Origin: Alphaproteobacteria bacterium | GTDB taxonomy: Bacteria > Pseudomonadota > Alphaproteobacteria > UBA828 | Direction: 5' to 3' | NCBI GenBank assembly: GCA_965220745.1 | Contig: CBDCQT010000013.1 | Location: 448,001 to 512,000 of the forward strand | DNA length: 64,000 bases | Shown: positions 48,626 through 57,150 of the stretch, one piece after another | How positions within the stretch are numbered: the stretch's first letter is position 1 | How the letters are laid out: every line of letters starts with the position of its first letter | Made by a program: the position numbers and the translations under genes | The notes under the pieces: generated by a model | Database searches by the model: none | The model's input: the letters and a program-made list of their open reading frames with translations, nothing else | What the model was told of the DNA's origin: nothing

Positions 48626-49726
48626 ATGACGCCCGAAACACTGACCTTCCACAGCGTCGACGTGCGCGCTGTTGTTCTCAAGCTGAGGCGGCCCGTTGTC
48701 GCCAAGATCGCGACCATTACGGACTGGCCGCTCATCCTGATCGATCTGAAGACCGAGGAAGGGGTCGTCGGCCGCAGCTATCTGGAGCCCTACATTGTCA
48801 AGTCGATGAACTATCTCGTGCCGGCCTTGCACGACATGGGGGCGATGCTCAAAGGCGAAAGGCTGGCGCCGGCCGAAATCTACGAAACCGCCCGAAAGTC
48901 GCTGCATTTCGTCGGTTACGAAGGCATGTCAATGATCGCCGTTTCCGGCATCGACATGGCAGCCTGGGACGCCCTGGCCAGAGCCGCCGGCATGCCGCTC
49001 TGCACATTGCTCGGCGCCTCGCCCGGCACGGTGCGCGCCTACAACAGCAATGGGCTCTGGCTCAAGTCTCCGGCCGAAGTTGCCGCCGAGGCCATCGAGA
49101 TCCGCGACGAGGGACAGTTCGATGGCGTGAAACTGCGTCTCGGCCGGGACGATCCCAAGGACGACCTCGCCACGATCGATGCGGTTCGCCGGACGGTTGG
49201 CGAAGACATGCACTTGATGATCGATTTCAATCAGGGTCTGGATATGGCGGAGGCATTACGCCGGTGCCACATGCTCGACGATCTTGGACTGACCTGGCTG
49301 GAAGAGCCGGTGGTCTATGACAACTTCGACGGATACGCCCAACTCGCGCGGGAACTCAAGACGCCCCTGCAGATTGGCGAGAATTTCTACGGACCGCGCG
49401 ATCTGCACAAGGCATTGCGTTCCGGGGCCTGCGACTACGTGATGCCGGATTTCATGCGCATCGGCGGGGTCACCGGATGGATGCGCGCGGCAGCCATTGC
49501 GGGTGCGGCCGGCATCCCGATGTCAACGCACCTCTATCCCGAGTTCGGCGCCCATGTGATGCGGGCGACCGAAACCGCACATTGGCTGGAGTGGCAGGAC
49601 TGGGCCGATCCGATCCTGCAAAAGCCCTATGAGATCAAGGACAGCCATTTGCACATCCCGGATGTGCCTGGGGTGGGCCTGGACTGGAACGAAGATGTCG
49701 TCGCCAGAAACCTGTACGAGGCCTGA
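48626..49726 (+). CDS. Mandelate racemase-like enolase superfamily enzyme
   Basis: GIDMAAWDALA, KLRLG, DFNQ, WLEEP, GENF, MPDFMRIGGVTGW, STHL, HWLE. Confidence 0.9.
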   Translation: MTPETLTFHSVDVRAVVLKLRRPVVAKIATITDWPLILIDLKTEEGVVGRSYLEPYIVKSMNYLVPALHDMGAMLKGERLAPAEIYETARKSLHFVGYEGMSMIAVSGIDMAAWDALARAAGMPLCTLLGASPGTVRAYNSNGLWLKSPAEVAAEAIEIRDEGQFDGVKLRLGRDDPKDDLATIDAVRRTVGEDMHLMIDFNQGLDMAEALRRCHMLDDLGLTWLEEPVVYDNFDGYAQLARELKTPLQIGENFYGPRDLHKALRSGACDYVMPDFMRIGGVTGWMRAAAIAGAAGIPMSTHLYPEFGAHVMRATETAHWLEWQDWADPILQKPYEIKDSHLHIPDVPGVGLDWNEDVVARNLYEA

Positions 49727-49770
49727 CCGCCCGATTCCCTAAACGCTGTGACGGTGCCCAGAAGGCCAGG

Positions 49771-51549
49771 CTAGCCGTTGCGCAGCTGCTCCGTTGCGGC
49801 CTTGTCCAGCCCGCCGGCGTCGTCGAGGGCCACGCGGTAGGTCTCGTGGGCGGCCTCGGGCGAGACCCAGCGTTCGCGCACGTCGATGGCTACCTGTTCC
49901 GCCGGGCGCTCGGTCGGCGCGCCGTAGCCGCCACCGCCGCAGGAGTAGGAGACGATGGTGTGGCCCTGGGGGATGATTGCCTGGGCGCAGGGGTCGAGCT
50001 GGTGCAGGTCGCCGTTGGCATCGCGCCGGAACTGGTTGGCCCGCCCGCCTGCGGTGCCGCCGCGCGCACCCTCGGGCGGCGTGACGTTGCCGTCGCTGAC
50101 GTAGCCGACCTCGAGGTCGCCCTCGGTTGGCCCGAACTCGCAATAGACCCCGGCACCGCCCCGCGTGCGGCCGTGGCCGCCTGAATCGGTGAGGAAGTGC
50201 CGGCCGCGCACGGTGAGCGGGAAGCGCATCTCGTCGAGCTCGATGGAATCCTGATAGGACATGCCGGCGTTGCCGAGATGGCCGATCGAAATCCAGGCGT
50301 CGGCCTGGGCGCTCGCCGCGCCGCCGCCCCAGCCGAGGAAGATCTGATTGACGTAGGGGCCCTTGGTCTTCTCGCTGTGGCCTGAGATGACGCCGAGCGA
50401 GGGCGGGATGATGGAGCCTGTGCTCGCCATGCCGTAACCGTCGCCGAGGTCCGCGATCGCCCGGCTCACCGCGTTGCCGACGCGGTCGGCGAGATTGGTC
50501 GTCGCCACCGAGCAGCTGGTCGGGTGCCTGGGAATGCCGCAGACGGTGTTCTCCTTGAGGTGCATGCGCACCCGGCGGAAGGAGCCGGTATTGGTGGGCA
50601 CCGCGTCGGGGATGCTGTTGAAGACGCCGAGCAGCAGTGTGCTCTCGCAGCAGGCCTGCGAGAGGTTGAGGCCGCAGGGCATCGCGTCCGGGTTGTCGCG
50701 GAGGTCGATGTCGATCATCGCTTCCTCGGGGTCGACGTCGACCACGATCTTGACCGGAATGCCGTCCTCGGCGTTGGGGAAGGGGTCGTGCATCGAGTTG
50801 GTCACGGCCCGGCCCCCCGGCATCTTTCGCACGGCCGCGATCATCAGCTGCTCGCTGTAGTCGAACCACTGCTCGGCGAACTGGGCGAGGGTGTCCCAGC
50901 CGATCTCGTTGCCGAAGGCCATGATCTCGCGCTCGCCGATCCGCGCCGCGCCGAGCTCTGCCAGATAGTCGCCCCACCATTGCTCCGGCACGCGGATGCG
51001 GAGCCGGCACATGCGCACGATGTCCTCGATGTCCTCGTAATCGCGCTGGATCTGGACCGCCGGGAAGATCAGCGCGCCTTCCTCGTAAACGTCGCGCGCG
51101 CTGCCGTGATAGGTGGTGGCGATGGAATTGCCGCAGTCCGCTTGGTGCGCCTTGGCGACCATGGTGAAGCGGTGCACGCCCTCGTCGTCGATCACGGGCG
51201 CGAGGATGGTGTGGTCGGCCGGATGCGAGCAGCCGTGATAAGGAGAGTTGTGGAGGTAGGCGTCGCCCCGCTTGAGGTCGGCGTGAAACTCCTGCATCGA
51301 CTCGCACATCATATCGGCGCCGCGCAGAACGTGAATCGGCAGGCTTTCGTTGACGGTAAGCAGGCGGTTCTCGGCCGTGACGATGCAGCAGGAGAAGTCG
51401 CGCGCGCTGTTGAGCACGCCGGAGCGCCCAGTGCGCAGCAGCGTGTTGGCCATCTTGGCGCAGATGGCCTCCATCCGCTTGTTGATGATCGCCATCTGCA
51501 CGCCGTCGAGCGTGCCGTCTGCGTTGAGAGTCAGCGTATTCCTTGCCAT
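49771..51549 (-). CDS. Hydantoinase B / oxoprolinase catalytic subunit
   Basis: RDFSCC, LPIHV, NSPYHGCSHPAD, KAHQADCG, EEGAL, DSGGHGRTRGG, GGGGYG. Confidence 0.93.
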   Translation of the reverse strand: MARNTLTLNADGTLDGVQMAIINKRMEAICAKMANTLLRTGRSGVLNSARDFSCCIVTAENRLLTVNESLPIHVLRGADMMCESMQEFHADLKRGDAYLHNSPYHGCSHPADHTILAPVIDDEGVHRFTMVAKAHQADCGNSIATTYHGSARDVYEEGALIFPAVQIQRDYEDIEDIVRMCRLRIRVPEQWWGDYLAELGAARIGEREIMAFGNEIGWDTLAQFAEQWFDYSEQLMIAAVRKMPGGRAVTNSMHDPFPNAEDGIPVKIVVDVDPEEAMIDIDLRDNPDAMPCGLNLSQACCESTLLLGVFNSIPDAVPTNTGSFRRVRMHLKENTVCGIPRHPTSCSVATTNLADRVGNAVSRAIADLGDGYGMASTGSIIPPSLGVISGHSEKTKGPYVNQIFLGWGGGAASAQADAWISIGHLGNAGMSYQDSIELDEMRFPLTVRGRHFLTDSGGHGRTRGGAGVYCEFGPTEGDLEVGYVSDGNVTPPEGARGGTAGGRANQFRRDANGDLHQLDPCAQAIIPQGHTIVSYSCGGGGYGAPTERPAEQVAIDVRERWVSPEAAHETYRVALDDAGGLDKAATEQLRNG

Positions 51550-51565
51550 CGCCCGGCTCCCTGGG

Positions 51566-53629
51566 TCACGGCGTTATCAGGAGACTGCCCGAGGGCCGGC
51601 GCTCGGCCTTGGCCCCGGGGTCGATCACAACGGTGGTGAAAGACGATTCGATGATCGCGGGCCCGTCTACGGTCTCGCCCGGCCCCATGCCGTCGAAGTG
51701 CACGACGCGCGCCTCGACGAAGCCGGTATCCGGGAAATAGACTGAGCGGCTGTGCGCGATCTCCGGCCCACCGCCGGCGCTCTCCACGCTCAGGTTGACG
51801 CCGTCTCGGAGGCGGCAGCGCACGTTGGCGCGCCAGCCGACGGTCTCGATGGTGGATTCGATGTCGGCGAAGGTGAACAGCGCTTCGTGGGTCTTGTGGA
51901 AGTCCTCGATGAAGGCGGCGAGCGCGGGCTCGTCCTCGATCCGGTCCGCGCGCAGCGGCACCTCGATCTCCCAGATCTGGCTGGGATAGCGGGCCTCGGC
52001 GGTGAACTCCACGACCTGCTCCAGCGAGCCCGCGCCCGGCCCCTCGATGAAAGCCCGGCACTTCTGCTCCAGCCCCTCCAGCAGCGCATTCACGCCGTTG
52101 AAGTCGAAATCGCCGGTGGAAGTGTAGAGCGTGCCGCTGTACTCGGCCCTGAGATCCGAGATGAGCGCCCCGTGGGCGCTGAGCGCGGCCGCGACCTCAG
52201 GCAGGATCACCTGCGCGCAGCCGAGCCGGCGCGCGATGGCGACCGCGTTGAGGCCGGCTGCGCCGCCGCCGCCGACGATGGCGGCCTCGCGCGGGTCAAT
52301 GCCCTGGTTGACCGTGATGTCCTCGATGGCGTGCACCATGTTCTCGGTGGCGACGCTCATGATCGCGGCCGCTGCCTCGTGGAGCGAGAGGCCGAGTTTC
52401 TGCGCGACGTGGGTCTCGATGGCGTTCCCGGCGGCCTCGGTCTCCAACGCCATGGTGCCGCCGAGGAAGTAGGCGGGGTCGATCCAGCCGAGGACCACCG
52501 ATGCGTCGGTCACGGTCGGCTCGGTGCCGCCTGCGCCGTAGCAGACCGGGCCGGGCACGGCGCCGGCGCTCTTCGGCCCGACGTGGAGCAGGCCGCCTTC
52601 GTCGACCCAGGCGATGCTGCCGCCGCCCGCGCCGATGCTCTTCACGTCCACCGCCGGGAAGCCGGTCATGTGGCCGCGGTAGGGTTGGCCGATCCAGGTC
52701 TCGCGCGTCCAGGGGATGCGCCCACCGCGTACCAGGCTCACGTCGAAGGTGGTGCCACCGGTATCGGCGATGATGGCAGTATTGACACCGCTGTCGGCCT
52801 GGGCGTAGGCGCGGCCGGCGATCGGCGCCATCGCCGGGCCCGAGTTGATCGAATGGATCGGCGCGCTCGCCATGTCGGCCGCATCCATGGCGCCGCCCTG
52901 GGTGGTGACGACCAGCACCCGGCCGCCGAAGCCCGCGTCCCGCAGGCGCGATTCCAGGCCGCCCAGATAGCTGCCCATGAGCGGCTTGAGCGAGCCGTCG
53001 ATGCAGGTAGACGACGCGCGGCGGTACTCGCGGAGCGAGGGGTTGAGCACGTGCGAGAGGGTATAGGGCACGTCCGGCAGATGGCGCTCCAGCAGCTCGC
53101 CGACGCGAAGCTCGTGCGCGGGGTTCACGATGGACCAGAGCAGGCAGACGCCGACCGCCTCGATCTCCTGGCCCTTGAGCTGTTCGATGATCGCGACGAC
53201 GCCTGCCTCGTCCAGCGGCTCGGTGACGGTGCCGTCGTAAGACACACGCTCGGGCACCTCGTAGGTGAGCGAGCGCGGCACGTAGGGCTCGGGGTAGGGC
53301 ACGGTGAAGTTGAAGGGCTCGATGCGCCCGCCCTCGCGGAACACCAGCACGTCCGGATGGCCCTTGGTGGTGAGGAAGGCCGTGCGGGCGGTGTTGCCGG
53401 TGACGATGGCGTTGATCGCATGTGTGGTGCCGTGGATCAGCATCTCCCCGCGCCCGAGCAGGGCCTCGCGGCTCTCGCCCAGGTCGTCGGCGGCGTGGGA
53501 GAGCGTCTCCAGCACACCGGCGACTGGGTCCGACGGCGTGGTCGGCGCCTTGTACATGCGCAGGCCCCCGTCGTCGGACTCGACGACAAGGTCGGTGAAG
53601 GTTCCCCCGGTATCGACCGCAAATCGCAT
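51566..53629 (-). CDS. Hydantoinase A / oxoprolinase ATP-binding subunit
   Basis: DTGGTFTD, HGTT, NSGPAM, DTGGTTFDVS, GAGGGSIAW, VGPKSAGAVPGPVCYG. Confidence 0.94.
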   Translation of the reverse strand: MRFAVDTGGTFTDLVVESDDGGLRMYKAPTTPSDPVAGVLETLSHAADDLGESREALLGRGEMLIHGTTHAINAIVTGNTARTAFLTTKGHPDVLVFREGGRIEPFNFTVPYPEPYVPRSLTYEVPERVSYDGTVTEPLDEAGVVAIIEQLKGQEIEAVGVCLLWSIVNPAHELRVGELLERHLPDVPYTLSHVLNPSLREYRRASSTCIDGSLKPLMGSYLGGLESRLRDAGFGGRVLVVTTQGGAMDAADMASAPIHSINSGPAMAPIAGRAYAQADSGVNTAIIADTGGTTFDVSLVRGGRIPWTRETWIGQPYRGHMTGFPAVDVKSIGAGGGSIAWVDEGGLLHVGPKSAGAVPGPVCYGAGGTEPTVTDASVVLGWIDPAYFLGGTMALETEAAGNAIETHVAQKLGLSLHEAAAAIMSVATENMVHAIEDITVNQGIDPREAAIVGGGGAAGLNAVAIARRLGCAQVILPEVAAALSAHGALISDLRAEYSGTLYTSTGDFDFNGVNALLEGLEQKCRAFIEGPGAGSLEQVVEFTAEARYPSQIWEIEVPLRADRIEDEPALAAFIEDFHKTHEALFTFADIESTIETVGWRANVRCRLRDGVNLSVESAGGGPEIAHSRSVYFPDTGFVEARVVHFDGMGPGETVDGPAIIESSFTTVVIDPGAKAERRPSGSLLITP

Positions 53630-53659
53630 GGCTCTCCCGCCGTGTCAGATGGCTCTCCC
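53628..53659. repeat. 11-bp direct repeat duplicating the RBS of hydantoinase A
   Basis: atggctctccc at 53628-53638 and 53649-53659 (minus strand GGGAGAGCCAT). Confidence 0.7.
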
Positions 53660-53731
53660 TGCCAGCGGCCCTCGCCGCCGGGCGGGCGGACCCTAGCCCG
53701 AAATCCGGCGGGACGCCACGGCGGGGCGGTT

Positions 53732-53761
53732 TAGAGGGCGTCGGTCTAGAGGGCGTCAGTC
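53732..53761. repeat. 15-bp tandem duplication of the LVIVD gene 3' end
   Basis: tagagggcgtcggtc / tagagggcgtcagtc; reads ...E-T-D-A-L-TAG-T-D-A-L-TAA on the minus strand. Confidence 0.8.
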
Positions 53762-54879
53762 TCGATGATGTCGACGCCGCGCTGGCGGTCGATCAGGTAG
53801 ATGAGGCCACGGTCGTCCACGGTGACGTCGTTGGAGGAGGCGCGCTCGCAGCCCTCCGGCGGGTCGGGGACATAGCGTGCGACCTCGTGCGGCGCGAACG
53901 GGTCCGACACGTCCACCAGCCGCAGGCCCTGGGCGAACCAGGCGAAGGGCACGACGTTGCCGGTGAACCGGTCCGACGGCTGGTGGCAGCCGGTCATGTC
54001 GGGCTGGGGGCTGCCGTCCTTGTCGACTCCGTCCACGTCAATGGTGCTGATGGGGATGGGGCAGCGCTCCTCGGTGATGTCGTAGACCCAGGCGAAGGCC
54101 GGCGGGGACGGCCAGAGCTTCGCCACGTCCTCGTCGGCCACCACCATGATGTGCCGGCCCTTGAGCCTGTAGGGGAAGGGCAGGCAGGTGTGGGTCGGGT
54201 GCGGGAAGGCCGGGCTGGTGTTGACGCCGGCTACGTGCTTCGGCTTCGTCATGTCCTCGATGTCGAGGATGAAGAGGCCGTGGTGCCAGTAGCTGACGTA
54301 CAGCCGGTCGCCGAGCCGGAGTGGATGGTGGCAGCGGGGCGCCACCCAGTCGTCCCAGGGATACTCCTCGCCGCCCGCCTGCCACTGGCCGGGGATCCAC
54401 CAGCGGCCGACTTCCTGCGGCGCCGCGGGATCGGCGAGGTCGAGGATCATCACGATGTTGCCGACGTAGCCCTCGACGGTGGGCGAGATGTAGGCGTAGC
54501 GGCCGTCGAAGGTGAAGCGGTGCACGCCCTTGCCGGCGGTGCGCCACTTGGTGATGAGGGTGGGCGTTGCGGGGTTCGAGATATCGTAGATGCCGAGCCC
54601 GCCGCCGAAGCCGTTGGCGTCGTTGCCACCGCCGCCGAGGCGCTCGTGGTTGACCAGCATGATGCCGTTCGCGGCGCGGACCTTGTGGGAATGCCAGCCT
54701 TCCGGCAGCTCGATACGCGCGAGCGTGCGCGGGTTCGCCGGGTCGGCCACGTCCACGACGGTGGTGCCGGACGGCCAGCGCATGTGGCCGATGTAGAGCG
54801 TGGTGCCGTCGACCCAGACCTGCCCGCCGCCGGGGCAGTCGATATGGGCGAGCCGGCGGGTGCGGTGCGCGTCAGCCAT
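53746..54879 (-). CDS. LVIVD-repeat beta-propeller protein
   Basis: Repeats TVVDVADPANP, GIYDISNPATP, MILDLADPAAP, FILDIEDMTKP, RLVDVSDPFAP. Start at ATG 54879; the longer ORF is a shadow over the next gene. Confidence 0.88.
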   Translation of the reverse strand: MADAHRTRRLAHIDCPGGGQVWVDGTTLYIGHMRWPSGTTVVDVADPANPRTLARIELPEGWHSHKVRAANGIMLVNHERLGGGGNDANGFGGGLGIYDISNPATPTLITKWRTAGKGVHRFTFDGRYAYISPTVEGYVGNIVMILDLADPAAPQEVGRWWIPGQWQAGGEEYPWDDWVAPRCHHPLRLGDRLYVSYWHHGLFILDIEDMTKPKHVAGVNTSPAFPHPTHTCLPFPYRLKGRHIMVVADEDVAKLWPSPPAFAWVYDITEERCPIPISTIDVDGVDKDGSPQPDMTGCHQPSDRFTGNVVPFAWFAQGLRLVDVSDPFAPHEVARYVPDPPEGCERASSNDVTVDDRGLIYLIDRQRGVDIIETDAL

Positions 54880-54896
54880 CGCGTTGCGTCGCGCTG

Positions 54897-55820
54897 CTAC
54901 GAGCGGCCTTCGAGCGCGCGGCGGACGGCGACGAGCTGGCCGGCCCGCTTGCCCTGCAGGGCTTTGATGTCGTCCGGCGTGTAGGAGAAGATTCCGGTGC
55001 CGGTCTTCATGCCGAGATCGCCTTTCTCTGTCCGCTCCGTGATGTAGCTGCTCACGTTGTCGCGGTTGCAGAGGTCGGCGTTCAGGTAGCTGCCGACCGC
55101 CTGGTAGATGTCGAGGCCGGCCATGTCGAGCAGCGACATCGGCCCCACGACCGCGAGCTTGTAGCCGATGCCCCAGGAGACGCAGGTGTCGAGGCCTTCC
55201 GGCTCGATCACGCCGTTCTCCACCAGGTCGCAGGCCTCGCGCATGATTGCGTAGAGGATGCGGTTCTCGACGAAGCCGGGCACGTCCTTCTTCACCACCA
55301 CGGGCAGCAGGTTGAGATCCTTGATCGCCTGCACCATCGCGTCGCAAGTGGCCTGCGTGGTCTCGGCGCCGGCGATGACCTCGATGACCGGGATGATGAA
55401 CGGCGGGTTCGACCAGTGCATGCCGACCACGCGCCCCGGCGCCGAGTTGCCCTCCTGCAGCGTGGTCACCGGGATGCCCGAGGTGTTGGAGGCGAGGATG
55501 CACTCCTTCGAGACCAGCTTGTCGAGGTCCGCGAAGACGGCACGCTTGATCTCGACCTTCTCGGGCACGCTCTCCAGGACGATATCGCAGCCGGCGACGG
55601 CATCGGCGAGGGTGTCGTGATAGCTGATCAGCTCGGCTCCGCCGCGATCGGGCATGCCCAGCTTCTCCAGCACGCCGAAGGCGATGCCGGCGGTGCCGGG
55701 CGCCTTCTCGAGCTGTGCCGCTTCGGTATCGAAGGCGCGCACCGTGAGCCCGCCGCGCGCGAGCGTTGCCGCCATGCCGGGCCCCATGGTGCCGAGGCCA
55801 ACTACCGCTGCCGTGGTCAT
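54897..55820 (-). CDS. 3-hydroxyacyl-CoA dehydrogenase-fold enzyme, probable 5-formyl-3-hydroxy-2-methylpyridine-4-carboxylate (FHMPC) 5-dehydrogenase
   Basis: GLGTMGPGMAATLARGGL, GMHWSNPP, LLPVVVKKDVPGFVENR, DTCVSWGIGYK, LLDMAGLDIY, LNADL.NRD and LVAVRR..EGR match, as recalled, Mesorhizobium loti Mlr6793. Confidence 0.8.
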   Translation of the reverse strand: MTTAAVVGLGTMGPGMAATLARGGLTVRAFDTEAAQLEKAPGTAGIAFGVLEKLGMPDRGGAELISYHDTLADAVAGCDIVLESVPEKVEIKRAVFADLDKLVSKECILASNTSGIPVTTLQEGNSAPGRVVGMHWSNPPFIIPVIEVIAGAETTQATCDAMVQAIKDLNLLPVVVKKDVPGFVENRILYAIMREACDLVENGVIEPEGLDTCVSWGIGYKLAVVGPMSLLDMAGLDIYQAVGSYLNADLCNRDNVSSYITERTEKGDLGMKTGTGIFSYTPDDIKALQGKRAGQLVAVRRALEGRS

Positions 55821-55866
55821 ATCCGTGGTTCTCCCTCTGGTAGATGCCGTCGCTGGCTGACCCGCC

Positions 55867-57021
55867 TCAAACGAGGCGGACGGTATCGCCGGTATCGTCG
55901 CGGCCCCATTTTCTGAAGTGGCCGAGCGCGTGGAGCGCCGGCTTGTCGCTCGCCACGAAGAGGATGGCGGGCTCGGTCTCCGAATCGTTGACGTGGTGGC
56001 ACCACTGGCCGCCGGGCACCGCGAGGGTATCGAACGGCTGCCAGTCGAAGCGGGTCTCGCCCACGATGCTATGGCCGCGCCCTTCGAGCGGGGAGACGAG
56101 CAGGCTCGCGGTCTGCTTGAGCGGCCGGGTCTTCTCGCCAGGCCTCAGCATCTGGGCGTAGAAGGTCATGGTCCTGAACACAGGGCCGCCGCGGGTGGGG
56201 TCGACGTATTCCACCATCAGGGCCTCGTGGGGGTCGCCGTCGCGGTCGCGGTGCGCCTCCAGCATCTCGCGCATCGGCTCCCAGCGATAGACGTACATGG
56301 GCGAGCCCGTGCCGCTGCCGCGCCCGTGGGGCACGAAGCAGGGCATCAGGCCGCCGGAGCCGTAGACCTCGGCCGAATAGTCAGCGCTGAAGCGGGCGGA
56401 TTGCTCCTTCGCGACGACCGTGCGGCCGTCCTTCTCTTCCTTGTAGTCGTGCTCGAAGTAGATCGCGTTGAGGACTTCAACCAGCGGCAGGTCGAGCACG
56501 GAGAGGTTCACGGCAGGCTCGTCGCCCTTGTTGCCGTGGTTGTGCCAGGTGTCTTGCGGCGTCAGCACCATGTCGCCGGGGCCGAACACGATGTCCTCGC
56601 CCTCGACCCCGGTGAAGTTCATTGAGCCCGTGAGCCCGAGGCGGATGGCGTTGGGCGAATGGCGGTGGGGCGGCATCACCTCGTTGGGGTCGTTGAGTCG
56701 GTAGGCGGAGTACATGGTGGAGACGGTCGCGCGGGTGGGCGCAAGGCCGGGATTGACCAGGATCAGCGAACGGCGCTCGGAATCCGCCATCGAGACCAGC
56801 TCGGCCGAGCGGCGGAGCAGGGGCCCGATCTCGCTCTCGTAGCGCCAGAGGTAGGGGACTGCGCCGCGGCTCCCCATGAGCTGGCGGATCTCGTCGTGCG
56901 CGACCTCGGTGGTGGTCGCCCAGAAGGGGAACATGTGGCCGCTATGGACATCGTCGTAAAGCGCGGCGAGGGCCGCGTCGCGGTTGCTTGCGTCTGTGCT
57001 CGCCGGCTGCGTTTCGTTCAT
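55867..57021 (-). CDS. Bicupin, gentisate 1,2-dioxygenase family
   Basis: ERRSLILVNPGL, HRHSPNAIR, LTPQDTWHNHGN (3-His Fe site), LDLPLV, VEYVDPTRGGP, SDKPALHALG. Confidence 0.85.
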   Translation of the reverse strand: MNETQPASTDASNRDAALAALYDDVHSGHMFPFWATTTEVAHDEIRQLMGSRGAVPYLWRYESEIGPLLRRSAELVSMADSERRSLILVNPGLAPTRATVSTMYSAYRLNDPNEVMPPHRHSPNAIRLGLTGSMNFTGVEGEDIVFGPGDMVLTPQDTWHNHGNKGDEPAVNLSVLDLPLVEVLNAIYFEHDYKEEKDGRTVVAKEQSARFSADYSAEVYGSGGLMPCFVPHGRGSGTGSPMYVYRWEPMREMLEAHRDRDGDPHEALMVEYVDPTRGGPVFRTMTFYAQMLRPGEKTRPLKQTASLLVSPLEGRGHSIVGETRFDWQPFDTLAVPGGQWCHHVNDSETEPAILFVASDKPALHALGHFRKWGRDDTGDTVRLV

Positions 57022-57150
57022 GTCCGCCTGCCGTCTCTCGCCCGCCGCTCGAGGAGAACGGCTATTTGGCGCTGCGTAGACTAGCTCGGAATTCTTCCCT
57101 CGGTCACGGCCCACGTGGGTCGAGATCATGAGCATGGCGAAGGAGACGGG

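Noticed and set aside
54880-55503. N-terminal extension of the 585-aa LVIVD ORF
   Set aside because: Out-of-frame overlap with the dehydrogenase gene, Arg/Gly-rich junk; the real start is ATG 54879.
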